DNA of 64,000 nt, taken from Nitrospirota bacterium. Its GTDB lineage: Bacteria; Nitrospirota; Thermodesulfovibrionia; SZUA-242. This document shows positions 39,144 through 47,285 of this stretch, in pieces. The stretch covers positions 77,948-141,947 of the forward strand of contig JACRHH010000035.1 in assembly GCA_016212095.1 (NCBI GenBank), in the 5' to 3' direction. Positions within the stretch are counted from its first letter, which is position 1, and each line of letters starts with the position of its first letter. The position numbers were made by a program, and so were the translations under genes. Below the pieces are notes generated by a model. That model worked only from the letters and a program-made list of their open reading frames with translations. It was not told where the DNA came from and did not search any database.

Positions 39144-40124
39144 TCAAGGCGCGGCGTCTCTGTGCATCCCGAAAAACTCCCCGGCAACATGCCGCGCCTC
39201 ATCCATCGTCGCCGCGTTCTGAACGCGGGTTTCAAGGTTATGTCCGAACCGGAAATTGCGCGCGAAGTAGCTTGTAAACTCCTTCAGGCGTCCAAGCCTG
39301 CGCTCAGGCGGGAAATGCTTTTCAAGAATCCGGACGAAATCGGCGTAAACGGCATCTGGTGAAATCGTGGCAGGATCGATCAAACCGGCTATTTCCGCGA
39401 ATATCCACGGCCTTGCAGCCGCCAGCCGTCCGATCATGATGCCGTCGCAGCCGGTCTCGTCGAACCGCGCCGCAACTTCCGGGGCGGATAGAATATCGCC
39501 GTTTCCGATAACCGGAACGGAAAGTTCGCGCTTGAGCATGGCGATGTAGCGCCAGCGCGCCCGCCGCGTGAAACGCTCTTTTGCAAGTCTCGGATGAAGC
39601 GTCACCGCGTCGATTCCCTCGTTTTGCAGCATTTTGGCAAACGCGATCATGTCATCCGCCGACTCCTCCCATCCAAGTCGCAGCTTGGCCGTAAGCGGCA
39701 AAGCGGTTGCGGCGCGGCAGGCGGCGGTCACGCGCCGCGCGTTTTCGGCGTCGCGCATCAGGCCGCAGCCCGCGCCTGAGTTTCTTATGCGCGGCTCGCC
39801 GCAGCCCATGTTGATGTCGAAACCGTCGGGCGGCGAGGCGCGCTCAAGATGGCGAACCGCTTTGGCCATCGCGTCAGGCTCGTTTCCGACCAATTGATAG
39901 AAAAACGGGAGTTCGGCGGCTGTGCGCCTGAGATAGATCGAACGCTCAGGCGTTTCGTGAACAACCGCGCGGCACGACAGCATCTCGGATGTGTACAGGC
40001 CGCAGCCGCCGAAACCGGCGACAAGACTTCGAAGCGCAACATGCGTAAGCCCGGCCATCGGCGCAAGCAATAGCGGCGGATCGACGGAGAGGTTGCGGAT
40101 GCGGAATGGGGCGGCCTTGCTCAG
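39144..40124 (-). CDS. tRNA-dihydrouridine synthase family protein
   Basis: LAPMAG, DINMGC, AKLRLG, IGNGDI, GIMIGR; start uncertain (TTG 40070 or CTG 40124). Confidence 0.88.
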   Translation of the reverse strand: MSKAAPFRIRNLSVDPPLLLAPMAGLTHVALRSLVAGFGGCGLYTSEMLSCRAVVHETPERSIYLRRTAAELPFFYQLVGNEPDAMAKAVRHLERASPPDGFDINMGCGEPRIRNSGAGCGLMRDAENARRVTAACRAATALPLTAKLRLGWEESADDMIAFAKMLQNEGIDAVTLHPRLAKERFTRRARWRYIAMLKRELSVPVIGNGDILSAPEVAARFDETGCDGIMIGRLAAARPWIFAEIAGLIDPATISPDAVYADFVRILEKHFPPERRLGRLKEFTSYFARNFRFGHNLETRVQNAATMDEARHVAGEFFGMHRDAAP

Positions 40125-40125
40125 C

Positions 40126-41712
40126 TCAGTTATGCTCCTTCGTCTTCCTGAACACTATCTGCGGCCATTGCTCGGCCACGTAGTCCAGATGCCACTTGCC
40201 CGGCCCAAGGTATGCCAGTTGATCCTCGGCGTCGGTGAAGAGGTGAGTTTGAAGTTTGTGCCGGAAGTCGTCGAGCATCTTCCGGTCGCCGCAGTCTATC
40301 CAGCGGGCCATCGAGTAATCGGCAGCCTCGTACACGGCGTCAACGCCATACTCAGCCGCAAGCCGCGCCATTGTCACGTCGAACTGCAACGATCCTACCG
40401 CGCCTAATATGTAGTCGCTTCCGATCTGCGGGCGGAAAACCTGAATCGCGCCTTCTTCTGCAAGCTGGACAAGTCCTTTTTGCAACTGCTTGATCTTCAT
40501 CGGATTTTTTATGCGGACGCGCCTGAAATGCTCCGGAGCGAAGTTCGGTATGCCGGTGAACTTTAGCGGTTCTTTGGTGGTGAAGGTGTCGCCGATCTTG
40601 ATCGTGCCGTGGTTATGAACGCCGATGATGTCGCCGGGCCACGCCTCGTCGATGTTCGCCCTGTCCTGCGCCATGAAAATTGTGGCGTTTGCGATGGTTA
40701 TTTCCTTGCCAAGGCGGTGGTGCATCACCTTCATTCCGCGCGTGAACCGGCCTGAGCATATCCGCAGGAACGCGATGCGGTCGCGGTGTGCCGGATCCAT
40801 GTTCGCCTGAATCTTGAACACGAAGCCCGAAAACGCCTCCTCATCCGGCAACACATCCCGCGTGACAGCCGGGCGCGGCCCCGGATGCGGCGCGTTTTCC
40901 ACAAAGGCGTCCAGCAGCTCGCGCACGCCGAAGTTGTTTATCGCGCTGCCGAAGAAAACCGGCGTCTGGTTGCCGCGCAGGTAATGCTCCAAATCAAACG
41001 GATTGGCCGCGTCCTGAAGAAGCTCTATGTCGTCGCGGAGGGCGTCGGCGCTGCTTCCGAGCAGCTCGTCCAGCTTGGGGTCGAAAAGGTCGGTTATCAC
41101 AATGCCGTCCGCCGCGCGCGTGTCTTGCCCCGGCGTGAACAGGTGAAGCTCCTTGCGGTAGAGGTTGTAGACGCCTTTGAATCTTTTGCCAATGCCGATC
41201 GGCCAGCTCATGGGCGCGCATTCTATTTGAAGCTTGTTTTCGATGTCGGCCAGAACGTCGAGCGGCTCCATGCCCTCGCGGTCGAGCTTGTTTATGAATG
41301 TGATGATCGGGGTGTTGCGCATCCGGCAGACTTCCATCAGCTTTTCGGTCTGCGGCTCCACGCCGTTTACGCCGTCGATAACCATCAGCGCGCTGTCAAC
41401 CGCCGTTAGCACGCGGTAGGTGTCTTCCGAAAAATCCTGATGGCCCGGAGTGTCGAGCAGGTTTATCTCGAAATCGCGGTAGTTGAACTTCATCACCGAT
41501 GTTGTCACCGAGATGCCGCGCTCTTTTTCTATCGAAAGCCAGTCGCTTGTTGCGTGGCGCGCCGCCTTGCGCGCCTTGACCGCGCCCGCAAGCTGTATCG
41601 CGCCGCCGAAAAGCAGCAGCTTTTCGGTGAGCGTTGTCTTGCCTGCGTCGGGGTGGCTGATGATGCCGAAGGTGCGCCGTCTCTTAATCTCGGCGCTTAA
41701 CTGCTCGTTCAC
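40126..41712 (-). CDS. prfC: Peptide chain release factor 3
   Basis: [54 protein letters not shown]. Confidence 0.97.
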   Translation of the reverse strand: MNEQLSAEIKRRRTFGIISHPDAGKTTLTEKLLLFGGAIQLAGAVKARKAARHATSDWLSIEKERGISVTTSVMKFNYRDFEINLLDTPGHQDFSEDTYRVLTAVDSALMVIDGVNGVEPQTEKLMEVCRMRNTPIITFINKLDREGMEPLDVLADIENKLQIECAPMSWPIGIGKRFKGVYNLYRKELHLFTPGQDTRAADGIVITDLFDPKLDELLGSSADALRDDIELLQDAANPFDLEHYLRGNQTPVFFGSAINNFGVRELLDAFVENAPHPGPRPAVTRDVLPDEEAFSGFVFKIQANMDPAHRDRIAFLRICSGRFTRGMKVMHHRLGKEITIANATIFMAQDRANIDEAWPGDIIGVHNHGTIKIGDTFTTKEPLKFTGIPNFAPEHFRRVRIKNPMKIKQLQKGLVQLAEEGAIQVFRPQIGSDYILGAVGSLQFDVTMARLAAEYGVDAVYEAADYSMARWIDCGDRKMLDDFRHKLQTHLFTDAEDQLAYLGPGKWHLDYVAEQWPQIVFRKTKEHN

Positions 41713-41745
41713 TTGAAAACCTCGCAAATTCCTGTGTCAGGGCAT

Positions 41746-41780
41746 AAAAAAACCGGGCATTTTAACTTATGCGCCCGATT
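41746..41780 (-). terminator. Hairpin plus U tract between the TA pair and prfC
   Basis: Minus strand CGGGCGCAT...ATGCCCGG followed by TTTTTTT. Confidence 0.5.
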
Positions 41781-41848
41781 GTTATTAATGTTACCCAATA
41801 GCCGATACCATCGGCAACCCCGCAGTCAGGCTGTCCCAATTGTCAACA

Positions 41849-41979
41849 CTGTGGATTGGGATTCACCTCCCGGCTACGGCCCGATGATTTCCGCGAACCG
41901 CGGATATTCCGGATAAATGGGCGGAGCCGCATGATGGGTGGTGTGGGGAGGGACGGTTAGATGCCGTCCCTTACCCGAT
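41849..41979 (+). mobile_element. 3' remnant of a group II intron (class C, attC-type): RT C-terminus, degenerate domain V, intact domain VI
   Basis: LWIGIHLPATAR-stop at 41849-41887; GAACCGC...GCGGAGCCGCATGATGGGTGGTGT; GGGGAGGGACGG-TTAGAT-GCCGTCCCTT-A-CCCGAT with bulged A. Confidence 0.8.
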
Positions 41980-42407
41980 TAGTCATTGTTTTTTAATGAT
42001 TCCATGGCGTTAATGAATTCTTTTGGCTCGAACACCGGCAGTTTTGAGCTTTTAAAGTCTGCGATATCTCTTGTTACAATATATTTGGCCCCGGCATGGC
42101 ATGCTGCCTCATGAAGAACCGCATCTTCAAAATCTGCAAATCTCGAAGAAGCTGCATTTTCAAGAACTACACGATTTACTGGAGCAATGACGAACAGTGA
42201 GAGGAGGGATTTGATGTGATGGGAAGCAGCCTGAGGTCCAAGTGCTTTAGTGGCGAGATAGTGAATGGTGGTAACTGTTGTTGCACATATAAACCCTATA
42301 ATTTCTGACTGTTCCACTTTTGATAACAACAAGGACGCATCACTTGAAAATGGTTCTCTGTCCAAAAGAACGTCCAGTATGACATTGGTGTCGAATAGGG
42401 TTTTCAT
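41979..42407 (-). CDS. PIN-domain toxin
   Basis: LFDTNVILDVLLDREPF, DFEDAV, IVTRD; AT-rich. Confidence 0.88.
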   Translation of the reverse strand: MKTLFDTNVILDVLLDREPFSSDASLLLSKVEQSEIIGFICATTVTTIHYLATKALGPQAASHHIKSLLSLFVIAPVNRVVLENAASSRFADFEDAVLHEAACHAGAKYIVTRDIADFKSSKLPVFEPKEFINAMESLKNND

Positions 42408-42646
42408 GAATATTTTTCTTCTAAATATTTTTTATAATCTTTTTCGTCTAGCTGCTTCCCTTTAAGGATACCCTTCAATGACCGCACAGTTGGAGTAAGG
42501 GGGTCTTCCCGCTTAATTTTTTCATTCTTAATAATTTCAAATAGATCTGCAACAATACGCGATACAGATTTGCCAGTTTGCGATGAATATTCTTTTGCCG
42601 ATTCAATTAGATTGTCGTCCATCCGCAATGTCAGTTTGGTTAGCAT
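42404..42646 (-). CDS. Antitoxin (DUF6364-like)
   Basis: TKLTLRMD...AKEY...GKSVSRIV...LTPTVRSLKG...YKKYLEEKY; ATGA-coupled to toxin. Confidence 0.82.
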   Translation of the reverse strand: MLTKLTLRMDDNLIESAKEYSSQTGKSVSRIVADLFEIIKNEKIKREDPLTPTVRSLKGILKGKQLDEKDYKKYLEEKYS

Positions 42647-42665
42647 GGAACCCTCCCTTTAGTTT

Positions 42666-42713
42666 GACGTACATATTTTAAATAATTATACGTCGGCATT
42701 TCAAGGGAGTCAA
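42666..42713 (-). promoter_or_regulatory. sigma70 promoter with operator palindrome for the TA pair
   Basis: TTGACT-N17-TATAAT (42713 to 42685); GACGTA-N17-TACGTC inverted repeat overlapping -10. Confidence 0.75.
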
Positions 42714-42816
42714 TCATCAGCTGACATCCCGCGCGATTGCATCCATGCTAAAATCAACGCAACGCCGGAAGCTTCATGCATGTTCGTGAAAATAACCGCC
42801 GGCGCACGGAGCATTC

Positions 42817-43185
42817 ATGCGAGGACACAAACGATCGGTCAGCGTGGCCGAACTCATAAGGCGCGAAATCGCCGATATCATACAAAACAGGGTGAAAAAT
42901 CCGCATGTGGGTTTCCTCGCCGTAACCGACGTGGCCCTGAGCGACGACCTGAAGCACGCGAACATATACATCAGCGTCCTGAAAAAGAACGAGGCCGAGA
43001 CAACCATCAAGGCGCTTCACTCATCCGCCGGATTCATCAAGGGCGAGCTTGGTCATAGAGTCAAACTTCGCTACATGCCGGACATTCACTTCAGAATCGA
43101 CGAGGCGATCGAATATGGCTCGAAGATGGACGGCGTTCTGCGCGAGGTCATGGCGAAAGAGGGCGCGGGCCATGAAAATACCTGA
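42817..43185 (+). CDS. rbfA: Ribosome-binding factor A
   Basis: IRREIADII, VTDVALSDDLKHA, LRYMPDIHFRID. Confidence 0.93.
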   Translation: MRGHKRSVSVAELIRREIADIIQNRVKNPHVGFLAVTDVALSDDLKHANIYISVLKKNEAETTIKALHSSAGFIKGELGHRVKLRYMPDIHFRIDEAIEYGSKMDGVLREVMAKEGAGHENT

Positions 43186-44137
43186 CGCACTGACCGGGGC
43201 CATCAGGCAGGCCCAAAGCGTTCTCCTCGTCGCGCACGTAAGCCCGGACGGCGACGCGCTCGGCTCGTCGCTTGCCCTTGCCCGCGCGCTTCGCGGCATG
43301 GGCAAAAGCGTATCGATTCTGGACAAGGACGCTGTTCCGCGCATCTACCGCTTTCTGCCGGGATGGGAAGCCGTGAGCGCCGAACTGCCGGATGTTTCCG
43401 GCGGCGAACCTGACGCTCTGGTGCTTCTGGACTGCGGCGAGCTTGAGCGCACAGGCTTCAAATCGCTTCCGGGCAGGGTGAAACTGGTTGTGGATCATCA
43501 TCTTACCGAGCGAAGCTACGGCGATGTCCGGTGGGTGCTGCCGACGGTTTCGTCAACCGGCGAGATGGTTTACAACCTCATTCGCGCTCTTGGCGCGGAA
43601 ATCGACGCCAAAACCGCGCTCTGCCTCTACACCGCAATATTCACCGACACAGGCGGATTCCGCTATTCAAGCTCCACGCCGTCGTCATTCCGGGCGGCAG
43701 CCGATCTGGTGGAGCTTGGCGTGAAGCCGTGGAGCATCACCGAAAACGTTTACGAAAGCATCTCGCCCGCGCGCATGAGGCTGATGGGAATGGCGATAAA
43801 CGGCATACGGTTTCATGATGATGTTGCCGTGATCGTTGTAACCCACGACATGTATCGCGAAACCGGAACCACCGACGAAGACACCGAAAACTTCGCCAAT
43901 CTGGCGCGGTCGATTCAGGGCGTGGAGGTTGCCGTGTTCATTCGCCAGACCGGCCCGGAATCGTTCAAGGTGAGCATGAGGTCGAAGGGGCGGGTGAACG
44001 TGGCTGCCATTGCCGAAACGATCAGGGGCGGCGGCCATCATAACGCCGCGGGCGGAAAGATGGACGGCACGCTTGCCGAGGTTGAGGAGCGCATAGTTGT
44101 TGCGCTAAAAAATGCGCGCCGCGATAGTCAATCTTAA
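43172..44137 (+). CDS. nrnA: DHH/DHHA1 nanoRNase-pAp phosphatase
   Basis: HVSPDGDALGS, VDHH, TDTGGF, GGGHHNAAG. Confidence 0.9.
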   Translation: MKIPDALTGAIRQAQSVLLVAHVSPDGDALGSSLALARALRGMGKSVSILDKDAVPRIYRFLPGWEAVSAELPDVSGGEPDALVLLDCGELERTGFKSLPGRVKLVVDHHLTERSYGDVRWVLPTVSSTGEMVYNLIRALGAEIDAKTALCLYTAIFTDTGGFRYSSSTPSSFRAAADLVELGVKPWSITENVYESISPARMRLMGMAINGIRFHDDVAVIVVTHDMYRETGTTDEDTENFANLARSIQGVEVAVFIRQTGPESFKVSMRSKGRVNVAAIAETIRGGGHHNAAGGKMDGTLAEVEERIVVALKNARRDSQS

Positions 44138-45017
44138 CAAGCCGTCCGGAATCACCTCGCAACAGGCCGTATCCCGCGTGAAGCGCGTCTTCGGCGCGAA
44201 GAAGGCGGGCCACTGCGGAACGCTCGACCCGGACGCAACCGGCGTGCTTGTGGTCTGTCTGGGCAAGGCAACACGTCTTGCCGACTACATTCAGGCCCGC
44301 CCAAAGGGATATCGCGCCGTGATGAAGCTTGGCGAAACCACCGACACCCAGGACGCGTCAGGCATAGTTCTGGAGCGCCGCGACACAGGCGGCGTGACCG
44401 GGGCGATGGTTTGCAAGGCGGCGGCATCGTTCGTCGGCGAAATTGAGCAGGTTCCGCCGATGTACTCGGCCCTCAAGATGGGCGGAAAGCCGCTTCACCT
44501 TCTGGCGCGAAAAGGGATAGTCGTCGAACGCGCTCCAAGGCGGGTGACGATATACGATCTGCGGATTGAGGCTGTGGATATTCCGTTTGTCACATTCACC
44601 GTGGAATGCTCGAAGGGAACATACATCCGCACCATCTGCGAGGACATGGGGCGCGCGCTGGGCGTGGGCGGCCACATGGTGTCGCTTGAGAGAACCATGG
44701 CGGGAGGTTTCGGCGTTGCCGGGGCGCGCGGATTCGACGAGCTTGACGAATCGTGCCTGATAGAGCCGGAGATGGCGCTTTCGTTTCTGCCGGTCTGCGG
44801 ATTGAGCGGGGATTCCGCAAGGCGGATACTGCATGGAAATCAGGTTCCTGCCGATGATTGCGCTTTTGGCCTGAAAAATGAAACAGATGAACTGTTCCGG
44901 CTTCACGGCCCGGACGGCTCGTTCTATGGCATCGGGCGGCTTGAAGACGGGTTGATGGCAGTGGAATGCCTGATTTGCGACGTTTCGGTTTTGACAAATC
45001 AGGATTGCGTAGGATAA
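44112..45017 (+). CDS. truB: tRNA pseudouridine(55) synthase
   Basis: GHCGTLDPDATGVL, QVPPMYSALK, CSKGTYIRT. Confidence 0.96.
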   Translation: MRAAIVNLNKPSGITSQQAVSRVKRVFGAKKAGHCGTLDPDATGVLVVCLGKATRLADYIQARPKGYRAVMKLGETTDTQDASGIVLERRDTGGVTGAMVCKAAASFVGEIEQVPPMYSALKMGGKPLHLLARKGIVVERAPRRVTIYDLRIEAVDIPFVTFTVECSKGTYIRTICEDMGRALGVGGHMVSLERTMAGGFGVAGARGFDELDESCLIEPEMALSFLPVCGLSGDSARRILHGNQVPADDCAFGLKNETDELFRLHGPDGSFYGIGRLEDGLMAVECLICDVSVLTNQDCVG

Positions 45018-45032
45018 TATTTGAGGCTCTGT

Positions 45033-45108
45033 GAGCCGCTAGCTCAGTCGGTAGAGCATCGCCCTTTTAAGGCGGTGGTCCTGGGTTCGACCCCCAGGCG
45101 GCTCACCA
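45033..45108 (+). tRNA. tRNA-Lys (anticodon TTT)
   Basis: GAGCCGC/GCGGCTC acceptor stem, loop CTTTTAA, GGTTCGA T-arm, encoded CCA; TTGACA at 44991 upstream. Confidence 0.96.
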
Positions 45109-45182
45109 GTTTGTATCGGGTTGATTTTTTTGATCGGCACGAAATATAATTCGTTTCCGTCGAAAGTTGTTTTGCAAGATGC

Positions 45183-45259
45183 GTCCCCATCGTCTAGACG
45201 GCCTAGGACATCGCCCTTTCACGGCGGTAACCGGGGTTCGAATCCCCGTGGGGACGCCA
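45183..45259 (+). tRNA. tRNA-Glu (anticodon TTC)
   Basis: GTCCCCA/TGGGGAC acceptor stem, loop CTTTCAC, GGTTCGAATCC, encoded CCA. Confidence 0.96.
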
Positions 45260-45354
45260 ATTTTCCTGATACCAATACGACACTACAAGCCTCGCATTGA
45301 AATCCTTTTCCCCGGTTATGCGTTGAAGCACATAATTACAAGGAGTGTGCCTGC

Positions 45355-46410
45355 ATGAAAATCATGGCTGCAACGTTTCTTTACGTCGTTCTTATTGCCG
45401 GATGCGCAAGCATCGCCGGGAACAAACCCGCCTCCGAAGACCGCCACATGAAAAACGTCGCACAGCTTACGTTCGACGGCGACAACGGCGAGGCGTATTT
45501 CAGCTTCGACGGCAAGCAGCTTATCTTCCAGTCGAGCCGCAACGGTTACGCCTGCGACAAGATCTGGACGATGAACACCGACGGCTCCGGCAAGCGGATG
45601 GTCAGCCCCGATCATGGCGCGAACACCTGTTCGTTCTTCTTTCCCGGCGGCAATCGCATTGCGTTCGCCTCCACAAGCCACATTCCCGGCGACTGCCCGC
45701 CCAAGCCGCAGTCCATGCCGAAGGGCTACGTCTGGCCGCTCTACCCATACGATATTTTCACCGCGAACCCGGACGGCTCCGGCATGAGCAAAATCACCGA
45801 CAACCCCGGCTACGACGCCGAGCCGGTCGTGTCGTCCGACGGCAGGAGCATCGTGTTTGGCTCCCAGCGCGAAGGCGATTTCGACGTCTACACGATGAAC
45901 GCCGACGGATCGAACGTGAAGCGCCTCACCGACAGCGAGGGCTACGACGGCGGCCCGTGGTTTTCGCCAAACGGCAAAATGATCGCCTGGCGGGCGTGGT
46001 ATCCGCAAACCGGCGAGGAGCGCGCAACCTGGCGCGACTGCATGAAAAATAACTATATTTTGCCGTTTCCGCTCGAACTTTGGGTGATGGATTCAGACGG
46101 CGCAAACAAGCGGCGGCTTACCAATAACGGCGCGACAAACTGGGCTCCGTCGTGGCATCCCGATGGAAAGCGGCTTGTCTTCTCCAGCAACCTGGACGAC
46201 TGGCGGCCCGACATAAAGAAGTTCGGACACAATTTCGAGCTTTACATCATCAACATTGACGGAACCGGGCTTGAGCGGCTCACATTCAACAACAAATTCG
46301 ACAGCTTCCCCATGTTCTCGCCCGACGGCAAGAAGCTGGCCTTCGGCTCGAACCGCAACCCGCAAAGACCGCGCGAGACAGACATATTTATTGCCGACTG
46401 GGTGGAATGA
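45355..46410 (+). CDS. TolB-like PD40 beta-propeller lipoprotein
   Basis: Lipobox IAGC; repeated FSPDGK/SSDG/HPDGK units with MNADGSNVKRLT linkers. Confidence 0.88.
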   Translation: MKIMAATFLYVVLIAGCASIAGNKPASEDRHMKNVAQLTFDGDNGEAYFSFDGKQLIFQSSRNGYACDKIWTMNTDGSGKRMVSPDHGANTCSFFFPGGNRIAFASTSHIPGDCPPKPQSMPKGYVWPLYPYDIFTANPDGSGMSKITDNPGYDAEPVVSSDGRSIVFGSQREGDFDVYTMNADGSNVKRLTDSEGYDGGPWFSPNGKMIAWRAWYPQTGEERATWRDCMKNNYILPFPLELWVMDSDGANKRRLTNNGATNWAPSWHPDGKRLVFSSNLDDWRPDIKKFGHNFELYIINIDGTGLERLTFNNKFDSFPMFSPDGKKLAFGSNRNPQRPRETDIFIADWVE

Positions 46411-46453
46411 GCGAGTTGGTTAGATATGTAGCATTAATGTCCGCATGTATATG

Positions 46454-46885
46454 TCATGACGCTCCAGCTTTACCGACTTCTTCTATTTCCTGAATGAGCG
46501 CGGACAGATTGGGCTGCGCGAAACTCAAACCCGGCGCGGGGATGCGATTATGCTTGATATCGGGCGGGATGTGCTTGTGATGAGGCATCGTCGATGCAAG
46601 CGCCGGATCCTTCGGATGGGGAAAGTCATCGTACCAATACAGCCGCTCTTCGCCCCGATACACCTCATATCCATACGAAACGATAAGCCCCTCATCAAAA
46701 TCCATCTCTTCTCTCATCCGCAGCCGCAAGCCGTTGGCAAAAAACACTTCACCCTCTGCAATGCCCGTATACGGACTGTCAGACCATACGGTAACCGTTG
46801 AGCCCTTGACCGCTGGCTGACCGAGCAACTCCGCAAGAAAACGACTGTAGTTGCTCATTGATTTCAACGGGTTATCCGTCATCAA
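46454..46885 (-). CDS. DUF6516-like (TumE-type) putative toxin
   Basis: [19 protein letters not shown] motif; ATGA-coupled to upstream small gene. Confidence 0.7.
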   Translation of the reverse strand: MMTDNPLKSMSNYSRFLAELLGQPAVKGSTVTVWSDSPYTGIAEGEVFFANGLRLRMREEMDFDEGLIVSYGYEVYRGEERLYWYDDFPHPKDPALASTMPHHKHIPPDIKHNRIPAPGLSFAQPNLSALIQEIEEVGKAGAS

Positions 46886-47151
46886 TAGGCAGGCTGAAAG
46901 CGCAGCACCGCGCTGAATTCACGTTCCTGGAATTGCCGGCGATAGGCTTCTTTTCGCCTCCTCCAAGTTTCAAAGATACCCTTCCAACGGCTGAAATCGG
47001 CGCGTGTCTCGTCGTAGGCATCGTACTCGGCCAATTTGCCTGCAATGAGCGCGGCATAAAAATCTTCGCTCAGAACGCCGTACTTCTCCTCGTAGAGGGT
47101 TAAACGGCGCTCAAGCAGTTTCATTTCAACAACTAATTCGTGAATTTCCAT
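46882..47151 (-). CDS. Putative antitoxin partner of the DUF6516-like gene
   Basis: Helical 89-aa protein, [13 protein letters not shown] and DFSRW; GGAGAG RBS before ATG 47151. Confidence 0.65.
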   Translation of the reverse strand: MEIHELVVEMKLLERRLTLYEEKYGVLSEDFYAALIAGKLAEYDAYDETRADFSRWKGIFETWRRRKEAYRRQFQEREFSAVLRFQPAY

Positions 47152-47285
47152 TTTCAACTCTCCCAAGCCAGCCCGGCAATTAGTGGAGAAAATCTCATGC
47201 TTGGATTATAGCGGAGATTGGGTGAGAGCGCATGTCAACAACCATGTTATGCTTTGAGCCATATCCACAAGGAGTGTGTTCCTGC

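Noticed and set aside
41768..41780. ATGCGCCCG as the 5' end (GTGCG) of the group II intron
   Set aside because: It mismatches at the first base, lacks the expected TTGT exon end, and is better explained as one arm of a terminator hairpin.
47205..47238. TTGACA...TATAAT promoter for the DUF6516-type TA pair (minus strand)
   Set aside because: The spacer is 22 nt, too long for a sigma70 pair; only the -10 is credible.
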